A program made the translations under genes and the position numbers. Below are positions 15,501 through 25,430 of a stretch of 64,000 nucleotides of DNA, one piece after another. Position 1 is the first letter of the stretch; every line of letters begins with the position of its first letter. The DNA is from Ylistrum balloti (Eukaryota): contig NW_026782027.1 in the NCBI RefSeq assembly GCF_031769215.1, positions 434,001-498,000 on the forward strand, given 5' to 3'. The notes beneath the pieces are model-generated. The model was not told the origin of the DNA, searched no databases, and saw nothing but the letters and a program-made list of their open reading frames with translations.

Positions 15501-18500
15501 GTTACTGACCCGGCAGCTATCGAATCAATGAGATGTTCTTGAGTTGTAACGAGATTTAACCAGTTTGTCTGTTGTTCTACATAATTTTCTCAATGTGATT
15601 ATCTGTTATAAAATCCCCCATACCATAGAAAATGAACACCAGCTTATCGTCGAAATCATATTAATTTTACCTTGCAGATATTAATACAAAACAGAAGTTG
15701 ATATTGGAATTGACAGGCAACAAATAAGCGTGAAATCATATATACATACTTGGCCGACATCCATTATGGGATCTTCAGATATCACTCAAAAACAAATCAT
15801 TACATACATGGTTATTAAGTCAAGTACTAATACCAGGATAGATGACAAATGTCATGGTGAACATTTTCCTGAAACAATCGATCTATGAGAGAGACTAAAA
15901 TCGGGAGCCATGACTCCTGAAGACAACAGGTCCAATTATTACGCCGTACCCGGAGTCTGTAGGCTTAATTTTACTATAAATATATAAAAACAGAACCAAA
16001 TGTGATTTTTGATGTGTCGATAAAGTTGGGGAATAATGTACAAAAGACATATGAGTGGATAGCCCCTATTAATAATTTAGAGTAAGATACAGTGGAGCCA
16101 GCCAAACAAGGAAGTTAAGTGCATAATACAGCTGAACAAGCTACAGAAGAAGCTTATCCTTCTGGAACGCCTGTTCTTATTTGTTGTTTTTAATTTTGTT
16201 AGTGTTTTGCTACAGCCTCCTCGAATCTGTGCTTGAAATAAGATGATATTATAATTAATGATGATAAATGTTGTTCTTTTTAATTAATCTTAACAAAATG
16301 TCATTTGTAATGTGATTTAGTGTCATCACTATGTCATCAGTTGAGGACGCATCATTACTGAGGTTTAATTTTGTCAATCTTAATATACCAGCGATTGATG
16401 TTGGATAATTATAAATACAACAAAATGCAATGTATGTGATTTCATTCTTCAGTTTTATTGCACCGTCCGTTAAATGCTTATTGTGTAATTTTATTGCATA
16501 AACAAAAATTGCAAAGCACACAATAGGGCCGACAATTGAGAAAAAAACATGTAATTTAAGTAAAAATTATATTAATTGAAATCTAGGTTGTTTAATCACA
16601 TCAATGTTCCCAATTAGCGAGGTATATTACACCGTTTTATCTTTGTGTACGTTTGATGTAAGCAGTAGACACGCATTAATTCTAAGTCACATCTGACTTT
16701 GTCTGTAACGACAGACAAATAATCCGCTTACCGCTGAGAGGTTAAAATCGACTGGTCAAATGGGGGTCACTACATACCATTAAAAGAGAGAAGTGTCACT
16801 GTGGTTCGCGTGCCAGGAAATAGTATGATATATAATAGATGACTACAGTCGATATGGAATAAGGTCAACTGTGGCTACATCTAAATTTGAAAGGTGAAAT
16901 GTACTTTCGTGTGTTATGTGCAGCCTTTGTATACAAGCATGTTAACCACTTGTCTCTTTTGTACAACTCATGTATTTAAAGGTACTGTTTACCTGTATGT
17001 GTGGTTTGTAAATCTTTCAATTGAAAAATGTATTTACTTGTTCGTCTTTTATACAATCATTGCATTGAAAGTTGATTTCTACATGCATGTCCTTTGTACA
17101 TATTTGTAATGACACGTGATATTGACTTGTGTGCCTTTTGTACAATCTTGTTATTAATTCAATGACACTTCATCAATACAAGTGTTATAAATTAATCCAT
17201 TACACTGAATGCGGAATGCATGCGATCAATTTGACAGTTTATTAAGAAAAAATGTTGTCTATCACAGACGCATACAGTTAATTGACAAAAAACACAGGGC
17301 TTGGGGTTTATTGGAGTTCCTTACGTATTATTAAACTAAATCCATCGTTAATGTGATGAGATGATTTTAACCGAAATTTATCGTTAATGTGATGAGATGA
17401 TTTTAACCGAAATTTATCGTTAATGTGATGAGATGATTTTAACCGAAATTTATCGTTAATGCGATGAGATGATTTTAACCGAAATTTATCGTTAATGTGA
17501 TGAGATGATTTTAACCGAAATTTATCGTTAATGTGATGAAATGATTTTAACCGAAATTTATCGTTCATGTGATGAGATGATTCAAACCGAAATAATGATT
17601 ACATTTAGTCTCATACTGACATTACCGTAAGCATAGTAGGTGAAACAGAGATTGAGTAGATAATTTATTTTATATACTGGTAGCATGCACTTGGGATAAG
17701 AAAACGATGAATTCAGAATTCATATAAAATAAGTAATATGTTAACATGTATACATCGGTGAAATGATCAGCAAGGTATACTACAATATGGTGGGATATTC
17801 TCGCTACTCCAGGTTACTTTTTCAACACAAAATGCATTGTGTATGTCCACGTCTTTTTCGGCCTTTCAAAAAGGACAGACATGTATCACAATAATTGAAA
17901 ATAAAAAACACAATCATAGCTATATACTTCAACTTCTTCAAACAAAGTCAGACACGTTGTATCAATTTAAGTTGTCGTTTTGCAGGAGCCACTTTCAATC
18001 ATGAAATGGCAAAGAGCAGGCAGGCGATTCCCCTCAAACAGGGCAATACCATGATTTTTTCTATCGATTGAAGTATACGGTTGCCATAGAAAATGGCGGG
18101 AAGCACATTGAAACAGACCAGGACAAGCGTGTGCCTTGTATCTGAAGGAACATGGTGTAAAGTATATTACAGCAGATAAGGACAAGCGTGTGTATCTGAC
18201 AATCTACATGGTCGTTTGTGATCTAGGTCGGTGATATGTTTGATGATATTGGATTAGTTAATGACCATATTCATGTAACCTCTCACCCTGAAGCGCTGAA
18301 TCTCCAATACACGTAACAGGTTCTTTTGAAACTAAACATCCCCACGACTGGTCCTATCTCCCCTCCCCACCGCCTGAGTCGTCTCATCCACACGACATAA
18401 TTGTAGAAGGGCGATATTCTCTGTAGACTTAACAACATGTGTTAATCCTATCTATCCCAGAAGAACAAACATACACGTCCCAGCATGGCAATATTTCCTG

Positions 18501-19193
18501 GCTGTATAACACAATAAAAAACGTACAGAACCATTTGAAACGTTCAGTAGGGCAATCCTATCTATATCGATGGATTGTCTGCGTTAAATGTATCTTCTCT
18601 CGATATATGTTCACGTACATCATATACATTATCATATTCGTCGTGTACTTTTTTCACGAATCCCCACGTAAATCTCCCTTTTGTTAATATTTTACCTTAG
18701 TTTTATTGAATTTGAGTTTGGAATATGACCGCTGATTATTGGTGTTGTCACTTCTCTATTGTATTCAGTGATATGGATAGCTGTAGTATATGGCTTTTTT
18801 TTTTATATATATTCTGGAAGAGTAAGCATGCTTTATCGAAGACAGTCGCCATGCCATGACACCGTTAAAGATAAGTAGGTAAAACATAGCCGAAAATTTT
18901 ACTTATTTGAAATTTAACTGCATCATACAGCCATTTCGTCCTTCTAGGACTTGCCAGTAATGTAAAGATCCTTAAATGTTGAAACCTAGGGTGTGACAAT
19001 GCAAGATCAAAATTGGTCGAAAGGAAGTAGAGTATAGACGATACATGAACCCTACAGATAACACATTTCATGATCTTCAACCAGTATCTAACAGATTTAG
19101 TAACAGGCAGTCCACGGCAAACCTTGGGGTTTGAACAAATGCATGATTTTCAACTAATAACAAATGTCTGTGACGAAAAGTTGTATTCGTCTT

Positions 19194-19241
<48 letters not shown>

Positions 19242-22146
19242 TACGACAGCTAGTTTCTTGAACAATACTGATTGCGTTAAAATACATTTACAAGTTCTAC
19301 TTACAGGGACTTCTACTTACAGGGAGAGGGAAAGACGACCATTGATGAGATGGCAGGTGTTTTAGTCAGGGTCTTAATTAATATGCACTGTTATATGATT
19401 GAAACTGGGCAATATGGCCGCTATAGACAGGTCTAATATAGTAATCCTCTATAAGGAGAGGTCAGAGACATTCAACAATAAACACGTGTTTCTTTTGGTA
19501 AAGTTTAACAAACTTAACAGAATGAAATGTAATTAGTGTCTGTATACACAGCGAAAATTGCCTTTTAAACGAATTATTAGCGGAAAGTTTTTTTTTTCTA
19601 ACAATTCAAGGTAGAACCATAAAATCGCCCATAGCCTTGATAGTCTTCTAATCGAATTATGAAGTTTCATTCTAAGACGAAAGGTTATCAGCAACAGCAC
19701 TAGATTGTTCAAGTGATAAACATTTTCTAAAAAACTCGACAATAAGACGAGGCTTATTTCCTTTGTAGTGAGCAAATGCTGATTTATTTACACTGTAAAT
19801 TACTTATATTTCGAGTGGGATTTACTTTCGCGTTAATACGCGAGGAGAGTCAATCGCGAATTCAAATCCCTCGCGATTATTTGTACAGAAATAATTCTTG
19901 ATGACATCAACGTTCATTTGGTTACCGATATCGGAATCTGTATAACTGATAGTCCATTATTCGCGAGTGTAAAGTCATTTCTAGGTCACCGTTCGCTATA
20001 TCAAGTATTCATGAATATGTCTGAAGTGGTAAGTTCTCGAAATAAAGTATTCACGAAATATAGGGGTTTTTTTGTGGTCGGCTTGTTTTTTTATTTTGTT
20101 TTTGTTTTGTTTTTGTTTCTTTGTTTTTTTTGTTTTGTTTTTTTTTGAGATTTTAGGGTATTTCAAACTTCGTAATCAATATTATCAACCAAACACAACA
20201 TATCATAACAGTTAAGATTTCCAAATCATTTTCGCTTGGCCATTAAAATAGCAATAACTACACCAAAGACACTGGCATGTTCTGATAGAGTGGGTGGGTT
20301 TTCTGATACTCTGTTGATATTCATTTATATACTTTGAATTCTCTAATATATCTGAAAGTTTCCAATAATCTTACTCAAGGGTTTCTTCAATCTCGTGGTT
20401 TACATCACTGTGTACTCTCAGTCAACTCAAAGTACCTTTATTACAACTAACCTTGTAACTTGCCTTGGTTTTTAATCAATAGTACAGATATTTGATGACA
20501 AAATTTTAATTCGGAATACAAATCGATTGCACTATGGTAACATATGAAAACATAAGTTGAAAAACTTTATAACAAAGTACAAGGTGATAATCCATGTGTT
20601 CCGATAGGGGTATCTAATTCTGCTTTATCGTTGACATCTGCCATACCAATTTTGGGAAATCAAAGTTACTAATGTCACGTTCTCAAAGAAGAACCAAATG
20701 AAATGGAAAGAAAACACCAGTTATATTAAAGTGTATTGAATATATTTTGGTTTTCAATACAATAGGAAATGATAATTTCCCCAATGACGTGATTGTGTTA
20801 CCAAGGTTTCTATAGGGTTGCTAACTGCAATAGCATATCTAATGTATCATCTTAAAGTTCATCATGTCAGGTATTTATAAAAAAAAATGTTAACTTAGAA
20901 TTGAATAAATTTGCGCGTTGACATTTACTGTACAAGCAGCATACAGATACTGCAATAATTGCAGAACAGTAAGTGCGGAAAGCTCCAAGATAGAATTATA
21001 GCTAAAATATGTAAGTTTTCAGTATTGTAAACTAGTTGAAGGTGCAGGCCAGTCAACATACATATACTTGTTTTATCTAAAACCCTTCCACATTAAAGTT
21101 TTGTGTATACAGTGTATTTTATCACTATTATTGCCTCTTCCCTGTGGTATCAACTTAATCAGCCTGTCCTTTATTGAGGAAACACCGGTATATTGAAAAT
21201 ATTTATGAGCCTAGATAGCGCAGTAATATTGATGGCATCACGATATTGGCATTTACCAATAAAAAAACCCGCAGAATATAACACTATCTTTCCCCCAAAG
21301 GACAGATAGTAGAGTTACTGCGTAAGGCAGTACTCGTGTTATAGACAATAAAATCACGTACTGAGCTGACTAGTGTTATAATGATAAATAATCTGTATAG
21401 ATTACATGAGATTTTTATAAATAATTTATGCGGAATATCTTTACAAGATACAGTCTTATCAACATAAAATTAAGTATATAAATCTCACAGTGTCTAAAGT
21501 GATTCAAATCGTTTTGTGATCTATTCTCGATGTCTTCTATTGTTATATAGATTAATTATCATCCTGTTTCGTTTAATCTATCCCGGCCCATTAATCAATT
21601 CATAGTTACAATCATATAATTTGTTTCTCGACGATTTACGATTTGAGAAATGTCAATGAGTCGCGGAAAATCATTTTGACCTGACTATTTCAGCATGCCC
21701 AACTGTACAAATGGGGTCCATGACAACACAGGAAGTAATCTGGCGATTAACTGAAGTCCTTCTGGAGACTATTTATACCTGTCAATCAAGCTAGGAATCT
21801 CTCAAATAATACATCTGAAATACTTTGTATTACAATGCATTCAAATTCACATTTGTCTTTGCCATTTATACCTTGATATTCCTAATTATTATTAAAATGA
21901 TTTTAAAATATGACATGGATTTTTACTGTAAATGCATTTTGTTATTATTTTGTATCAATAGAACACGAAACTTCGTATTTTGAGGCACAGGGGAAATGAT
22001 ATTTTGTAATATTTTAAAGGTATTAGGTACTTACATGAATGTAGACATCGCATGATGGTAGTAGCATCTATAAGATAGCCACCACACAGAACACAGATCA
22101 GATGGGGATTCAGCTCAGACAGCTTCATCTTGGCCGTGGGCAACAT
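595..22146 (-). CDS. BMI1: Polycomb group RING finger protein, BMI1/PCGF2/4-like (divergent); 3' end lies beyond the window's left edge
   Basis: Coding exons (minus, all GT-AG, phases consistent): 22146-22035 (112 nt), 8830-8734 (97), 7668-7613 (56), 4359-4294 (66), 2069-1988 (82), 1776-1740 (37), 693-595 (99). Translation: [183 protein letters not shown]... C3HC4 RING ligands are intact and the RAWUL start (ISLSLEF; RYLLCPAA) is present. An acceptor at 22154-22156, 7 nt upstream of the ATG, implies a non-coding upstream exon. The symbol denotes family, not proven orthology. Confidence 0.93.
3873..4060 (+). mobile_element. Dispersed non-autonomous repeat, Penelope-like terminal fragment (family also at about 23330, 34341, 55566)
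   Basis: The motif gatgaagcagacgacgcttacccttcgggaacactgg recurs as gttctggaagagtaagcgtcttcttcttcatc (23341, inverted), agggtaagcgtcttctgcttcatc (34350, inverted) and gatgaagcagaaggcatttactcttccagaaca (55573). Confidence 0.55.
5190..5350 (+). mobile_element. Repeat copy with minimal type I hammerhead ribozyme fold (5223-5266), probably a Penelope-like terminal repeat
   Basis: acatca-CTGTCGA-gtcc ttgaa ggcc-GAAA-c agct g-TA-tgatgt. Stem I acatca/tgatgt is perfectly complementary and stem III is the palindrome cagctg. The flanks are homologous to the copies at about 7.3 and 18.9 kb. Confidence 0.75.
7300..7440 (+). mobile_element. Second, more degenerate copy of the hammerhead-bearing repeat (core about 7317-7360)
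   Basis: ttgtcga-gtcc tagaa tgac-gaaa-a cgct g. Downstream gctatttacttgtgtgt matches gctatctacttgtgtgt in copy 1. Confidence 0.6.
11415..11470 (-). other. G-quadruplex-forming tract on the sense strand of the BMI1-like intron
   Basis: The minus strand reads GGGGATGGGAGTTGGGGATGGGGTCGGGATGGGGCGGGG..., with seven or more G3-G4 runs and 1-4 nt loops in an AT-rich background. Confidence 0.6.
12213..12274 (-). mobile_element. tRNA-derived SINE head or tRNA pseudogene
   Basis: The minus strand reads GGTTGGATGGCGCAGTGGAAGCACACTCGCATTTCACGAAGGCGTCCGGAGCCCGATTCCCG, with a canonical A-box TGGCGCAGTGG and a degenerate B-box GCCCGATTCCC. No complete cloverleaf is apparent. Confidence 0.55.
12605..13690. 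repeat. 31-bp minisatellite, about 35 copies
   Basis: Unit acaccgcagtgtcttctcagagatggaagat. It is stop-free on the plus strand, which explains the overlapping ORFs 12590-13705, 12631-12882, 12648-13496 and 12958-13482. Confidence 0.95.
13780..14825. repeat. Related about 30-33-bp minisatellite with an about 282-bp higher-order duplication
   Basis: Unit of the type gctacaccacagtgtcttcacagagagggag. The diagnostic variant tttcttcaca occurs at 14131 and 14413, with the same following monomer order. Confidence 0.9.
17344..17594. repeat. 36-bp minisatellite, about 7 copies
   Basis: Unit atcgttaatgtgatgagatgattttaaccgaaattt. It explains ORF 17308-17568. Confidence 0.95.
18390..18780 (+). mobile_element. 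Decayed Penelope-like element 3' fragment
   Basis: atctcccttttgttaatattttaccttagttttattgaatttgagtttgga (about 18671) is homologous to atctttcttttgttgatatgttgccctagttttattgaacatgaatttgga (about 35547), which follows the RT relic. A PIYP-like remnant is at about 18446. Confidence 0.4.
18870..19000 (-). mobile_element. Third copy of the hammerhead-bearing repeat, inverted (core 18920-18963)
   Basis: The minus strand reads acatta-CTGGCAA-gtcc tagaa ggac-GAAA-t ggct g-TA-tgatgc with a perfect stem II. Upstream ctaggtttcaacattt matches ctaggtttccaacgtt in copy 1. Confidence 0.7.
19196..19239. repeat. (TA)n microsatellite
   Basis: About 22 TA units. Similar tracts are at about 48359-48390 and 48836-48862. 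Confidence 0.95.
19789..20070. mobile_element. MITE-like element with imperfect terminal inverted repeats
   Basis: Left end tacactgtaaattacttatatttcgagtgggatttactttcgcg. The right end cgaaataaagtattcacgaaatat has the reverse complement atatttcgtgaatactttatttcg. The interior is CpG-rich relative to the flanks. Confidence 0.5.
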
Positions 22147-22599
22147 CTTTTACCTGAAATTGCAAACAGTAATTTAACTATCTTATATCTATAAACACAC
22201 GAAATGCCACATATATGAAGAAATACCAGGAAGATCACTTGTTTGTAAATAAACGTTGAAATGTGAACCATGATTGATACGAAAATGACACCTTTCCCCA
22301 GTGATGCTTCAGACCTTCGGTCAGAGCTCTCTCGGCCTTCTTCTATATGGTGACGATAAACATGGCAAAGTACAATGTATGTATGCTAGGTAGGTGCACA
22401 TGTTGTGAAAGTGCTTCCAAATTGATATATACTGCCGAAATTCAGGAAAATACCCCATCCGGTCACATGATAAAGACAACGGACAAACCTGGCATTACAA
22501 AACCATAATGCTAAGCTTCAAGACAGAAATGGGAGAACCCTAATGCTGTATTACTACATTTGAGCAAGACTCCTTTGGGTAGTGCGGAACCTAAGGTCA

Positions 22600-22750
22600 C
22601 TTTATAGTGTTATCACACTGAAGTATACTGTCGAAGGCCTTCAACAGGACACTCCACCCAGTCACATCATTCTGACAACGAGCGAGTCAATCGTTACGTT
22701 ACCAAAATGCTGAACATTACGCAAGGAGTAGTCACTTCCGTTTGAAAACA
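22600..22750. mobile_element. SINE body fragment of a mollusc-type family; a related fragment is at about 44270-44370
   Basis: ttatagtgttatcacactgaagtatactgtcgaagg...ccacccagtcacatcattctgacaacg resembles ttatagtgctaccacactgaa...tgccgaaaacgacc at 44271 and recalled bivalve SINE cores. Confidence 0.4.
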
Positions 22751-23289
22751 AAATCTTCCTCACAGGGGCAAACTCTCGATTTAAAGCCATACATGATGCA
22801 GTTTCAAAGAAGGCGTTAAAAAAAGACAGTCGAAATTAATAAAATCGCATCCCAAATGTATTTGCCTCACATGAATTTTGTAATAGACAGCAGATAAATC
22901 TTGCGGCTGACATTCAGGGAAGTCAATGGCTCGAGGACGTGTTCTATTTGAGAAAGAGAGTCCTGATACCAACATTGGAAATGCGTAATACTTCCCTATA
23001 GACATATGATATTTGAAACAAAGGTATCACAATTTACGTCATAAGCTTTCGTACATATATTTGTCTTTCAAAGACTCTTTGATATGTGTTGAAATATGAA
23101 CACACTCTGATTATCTACCTGATCCAACCAATACAATATAGACATTCACATCAACAATATGACACAGAATTTGTACGAGTACACACATGTCTGAGACACA
23201 CAGCAAAACATTCATATTTATAATGCAAATCGCAGTTGCATGGATGGTACTAGCACGACTTCGATAAAACTAGGGTAAAGCAGGAACAA

Positions 23290-23520
23290 AAAAAGAAAGA
23301 TTAACAGGGAGACGCCTTAAAAGTTAAAAGAAGACCAGTTGTTCTGGAAGAGTAAGCGTCTTCTTCTTCATCGACGACACCTGCGACGATAACAGTAATC
23401 AATCCTAGTAAGTAATGTCACGTTCCCACGTGCGAAAACGGTAAACAAAGACAGGGCCACTGGTTATACTAACGAATAACAAATACGTCCAGAGTCAATA
23501 TCGACGGTTCAATTGATGAC
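23290..23520 (-). mobile_element. Copy of the same dispersed repeat family as 3873-4060
   Basis: Shares the gaagagtaagcgtcttcttcttcatcgacgacacc motif in inverted orientation. Confidence 0.5.
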
Positions 23521-23619
23521 AAGTGTCATATGTGTTGCAAGAAATAAAGAGTCAATTATATATATATATTTGCTCTCCCATGTTGTCTTTCCTTTTGATT
23601 TGGAGTTCAGTACAATCTG

Positions 23620-25430
23620 GTTATTTCCTGTTCGAGCCAGAAGTTGTTTTGAATTTCCTTTTAAATTGTAGAAAAAAATGTATTGTTAACACTGTTACAT
23701 GGATTCTAGACTCATATATTGATAGCATTAAAATCTTGCAGCACACTAGACCAACGGTGTCTAATTTCCTTCCAGATCTAAATCTATGCATCCAAGAACT
23801 TAAAAGCTCTGCAACAGGTGGCTGTGAAATTACTTCTATCATTAGAGTTCAAACACGAAAAGTGATTCAAAGAGATCCGGCAAAATGTCACATGTATCGG
23901 TAGATTGAATACCAATTAGGCAGATGTATTCCCAACAGTCTCATTCACTGCCTTCAATAGGAGGAAGCAGATAAAATAAGGCTGAGTGAAGGCATGCGAA
24001 CAGGTGCTACGAAGTAATGTGTGCGGGGCTAGGCTCTCATTAAAAGCAAGAATATCTCCGAATTGCAACATCGATTTTTTGAACTTGCTGCACACAGCTG
24101 AAAATTTTGATTGGTTAGCCATCCCTGGTGTAAACAAATGCAGTTGCATAAAAATGCATCCGGCGTCAAACCATCGCTGAAAGAAATGCTCCATTGTCAC
24201 AGTTAAATGCTCTCCTACACATTAAGATGTTGCTGTTACATTTATTCCTTTGTGTGGATCTATGTTAACTTAACACAATATCTCAACAAGACATTTGTAC
24301 CTGTTGTGCATTATCACGCATATAAACGCACTTGTATATATTTATTGTAGGGGAAACATATTACCTATCACCACGATAAATTATCCAATATGTGTACATG
24401 CTGTTCGGAAAGCATTGGTAGTGATAACAAACTACATTTCTCTTGTCTATGAATAACTTTTGCGTTAAATATAGAAACCAAACAGCAAACATCATGTTCA
24501 TTTGTCCATTAACACCTTTGTGTGAGAATGTAGTTCTTTACCTACCACGGGTAATAGTGTTTTCACAGATAACTGCCAGAACATGTGTCGAAGGCGCACT
24601 CAGTCAACGAAACTCATTCTTCACACATAAAAATCTCTAATAAAACCATGCTTTAGTCCTTAACGAAGTAGAATGTACCACAAGCGCAAATTCTACATAA
24701 GGATCCGCAAAGGTCTCTAATTAATTATAGATTTGACATTTCTTGTCGCGTACACACTTCGGGATAAAGCGATTCCACAAGAAGATGACCCAAAACACAG
24801 AAACAATTTCCTCAGCGGTCAGACGTTCCATCAATATAGCATGCTCCCGAGCGCGTGATCGGTGCGAAGATCCATCAGTAGCGTTCCCCCGACAGCGGAG
24901 ACGGTATGCCTGACAGGACAGGGTGTGTACGCGCAGTGGAAGCGGTGGGATAAACCAGCCAGTCAATCGTCTTGCATGACAATTCCTTGTCCCACGTGTA
25001 ACGCCATTCTCAAAGCTGGGTCCACATTCCGTAAAGTGGCTTGATGTATTTCCAAGTGAAAATTGCTTGCGGGGAGCCATGTAATTTGCTATGCTGTGAA
25101 TACCATAAGATGACAGCGCAATAACGACCGATTTTTTTCGGAATCGATTACGGTTGGGAAAAGCATTCATGGCTTGAAGATCCACCAGCCACTCGGGGAA
25201 CAGTCTGTGATACGAAACAACAGGACAGACACAAGTGGCTAAAAGCATGTTAGAGACAAACAGTAATAGCCTCAGAACTGGTCATAAACCTGACTCGCCA
25301 ATGGAGGAAAGCCAACGGGAAACTATGGATGAGTAGATAACCCAGAAAATTGATACCAATAAAATTGTCAGTGGAATAATTATCTGTGTAAGGCATTTTT
25401 CAAAGGCCTTTTCTGGTATTGATTGATTGG
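23620..25430 (-). pseudogene. Probable gustatory-receptor-like (GRL/7TM ion-channel superfamily) pseudogene, interrupted by about 0.5 kb of AT-rich sequence (about 24240-24720)
   Basis: Minus-strand frames give successive TM-like segments: IIIPLTILLVSIFWVIYSSIV, VLRLLLFVSNMLLATCVCPVVSY, KKSVVIALSSYGIHSIANYM, IVSVFWVIFLW, QPYFICFLLL. The C-terminal segment VGLVCCKILMLS...VTVLTIHFFLQFK resembles the GRL TM7 T-Y-x5-Q-F motif. There are several in-frame stops and frameshifts. The family call is by recalled pattern only. Confidence 0.5.

Noticed and set aside
18865-19265. RING-like text [17 protein letters not shown] as the second BMI1 exon
   Set aside because: It lacks FCKTC and suitable splice sites. 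The true exon with correct size and phase is at 8734-8830.
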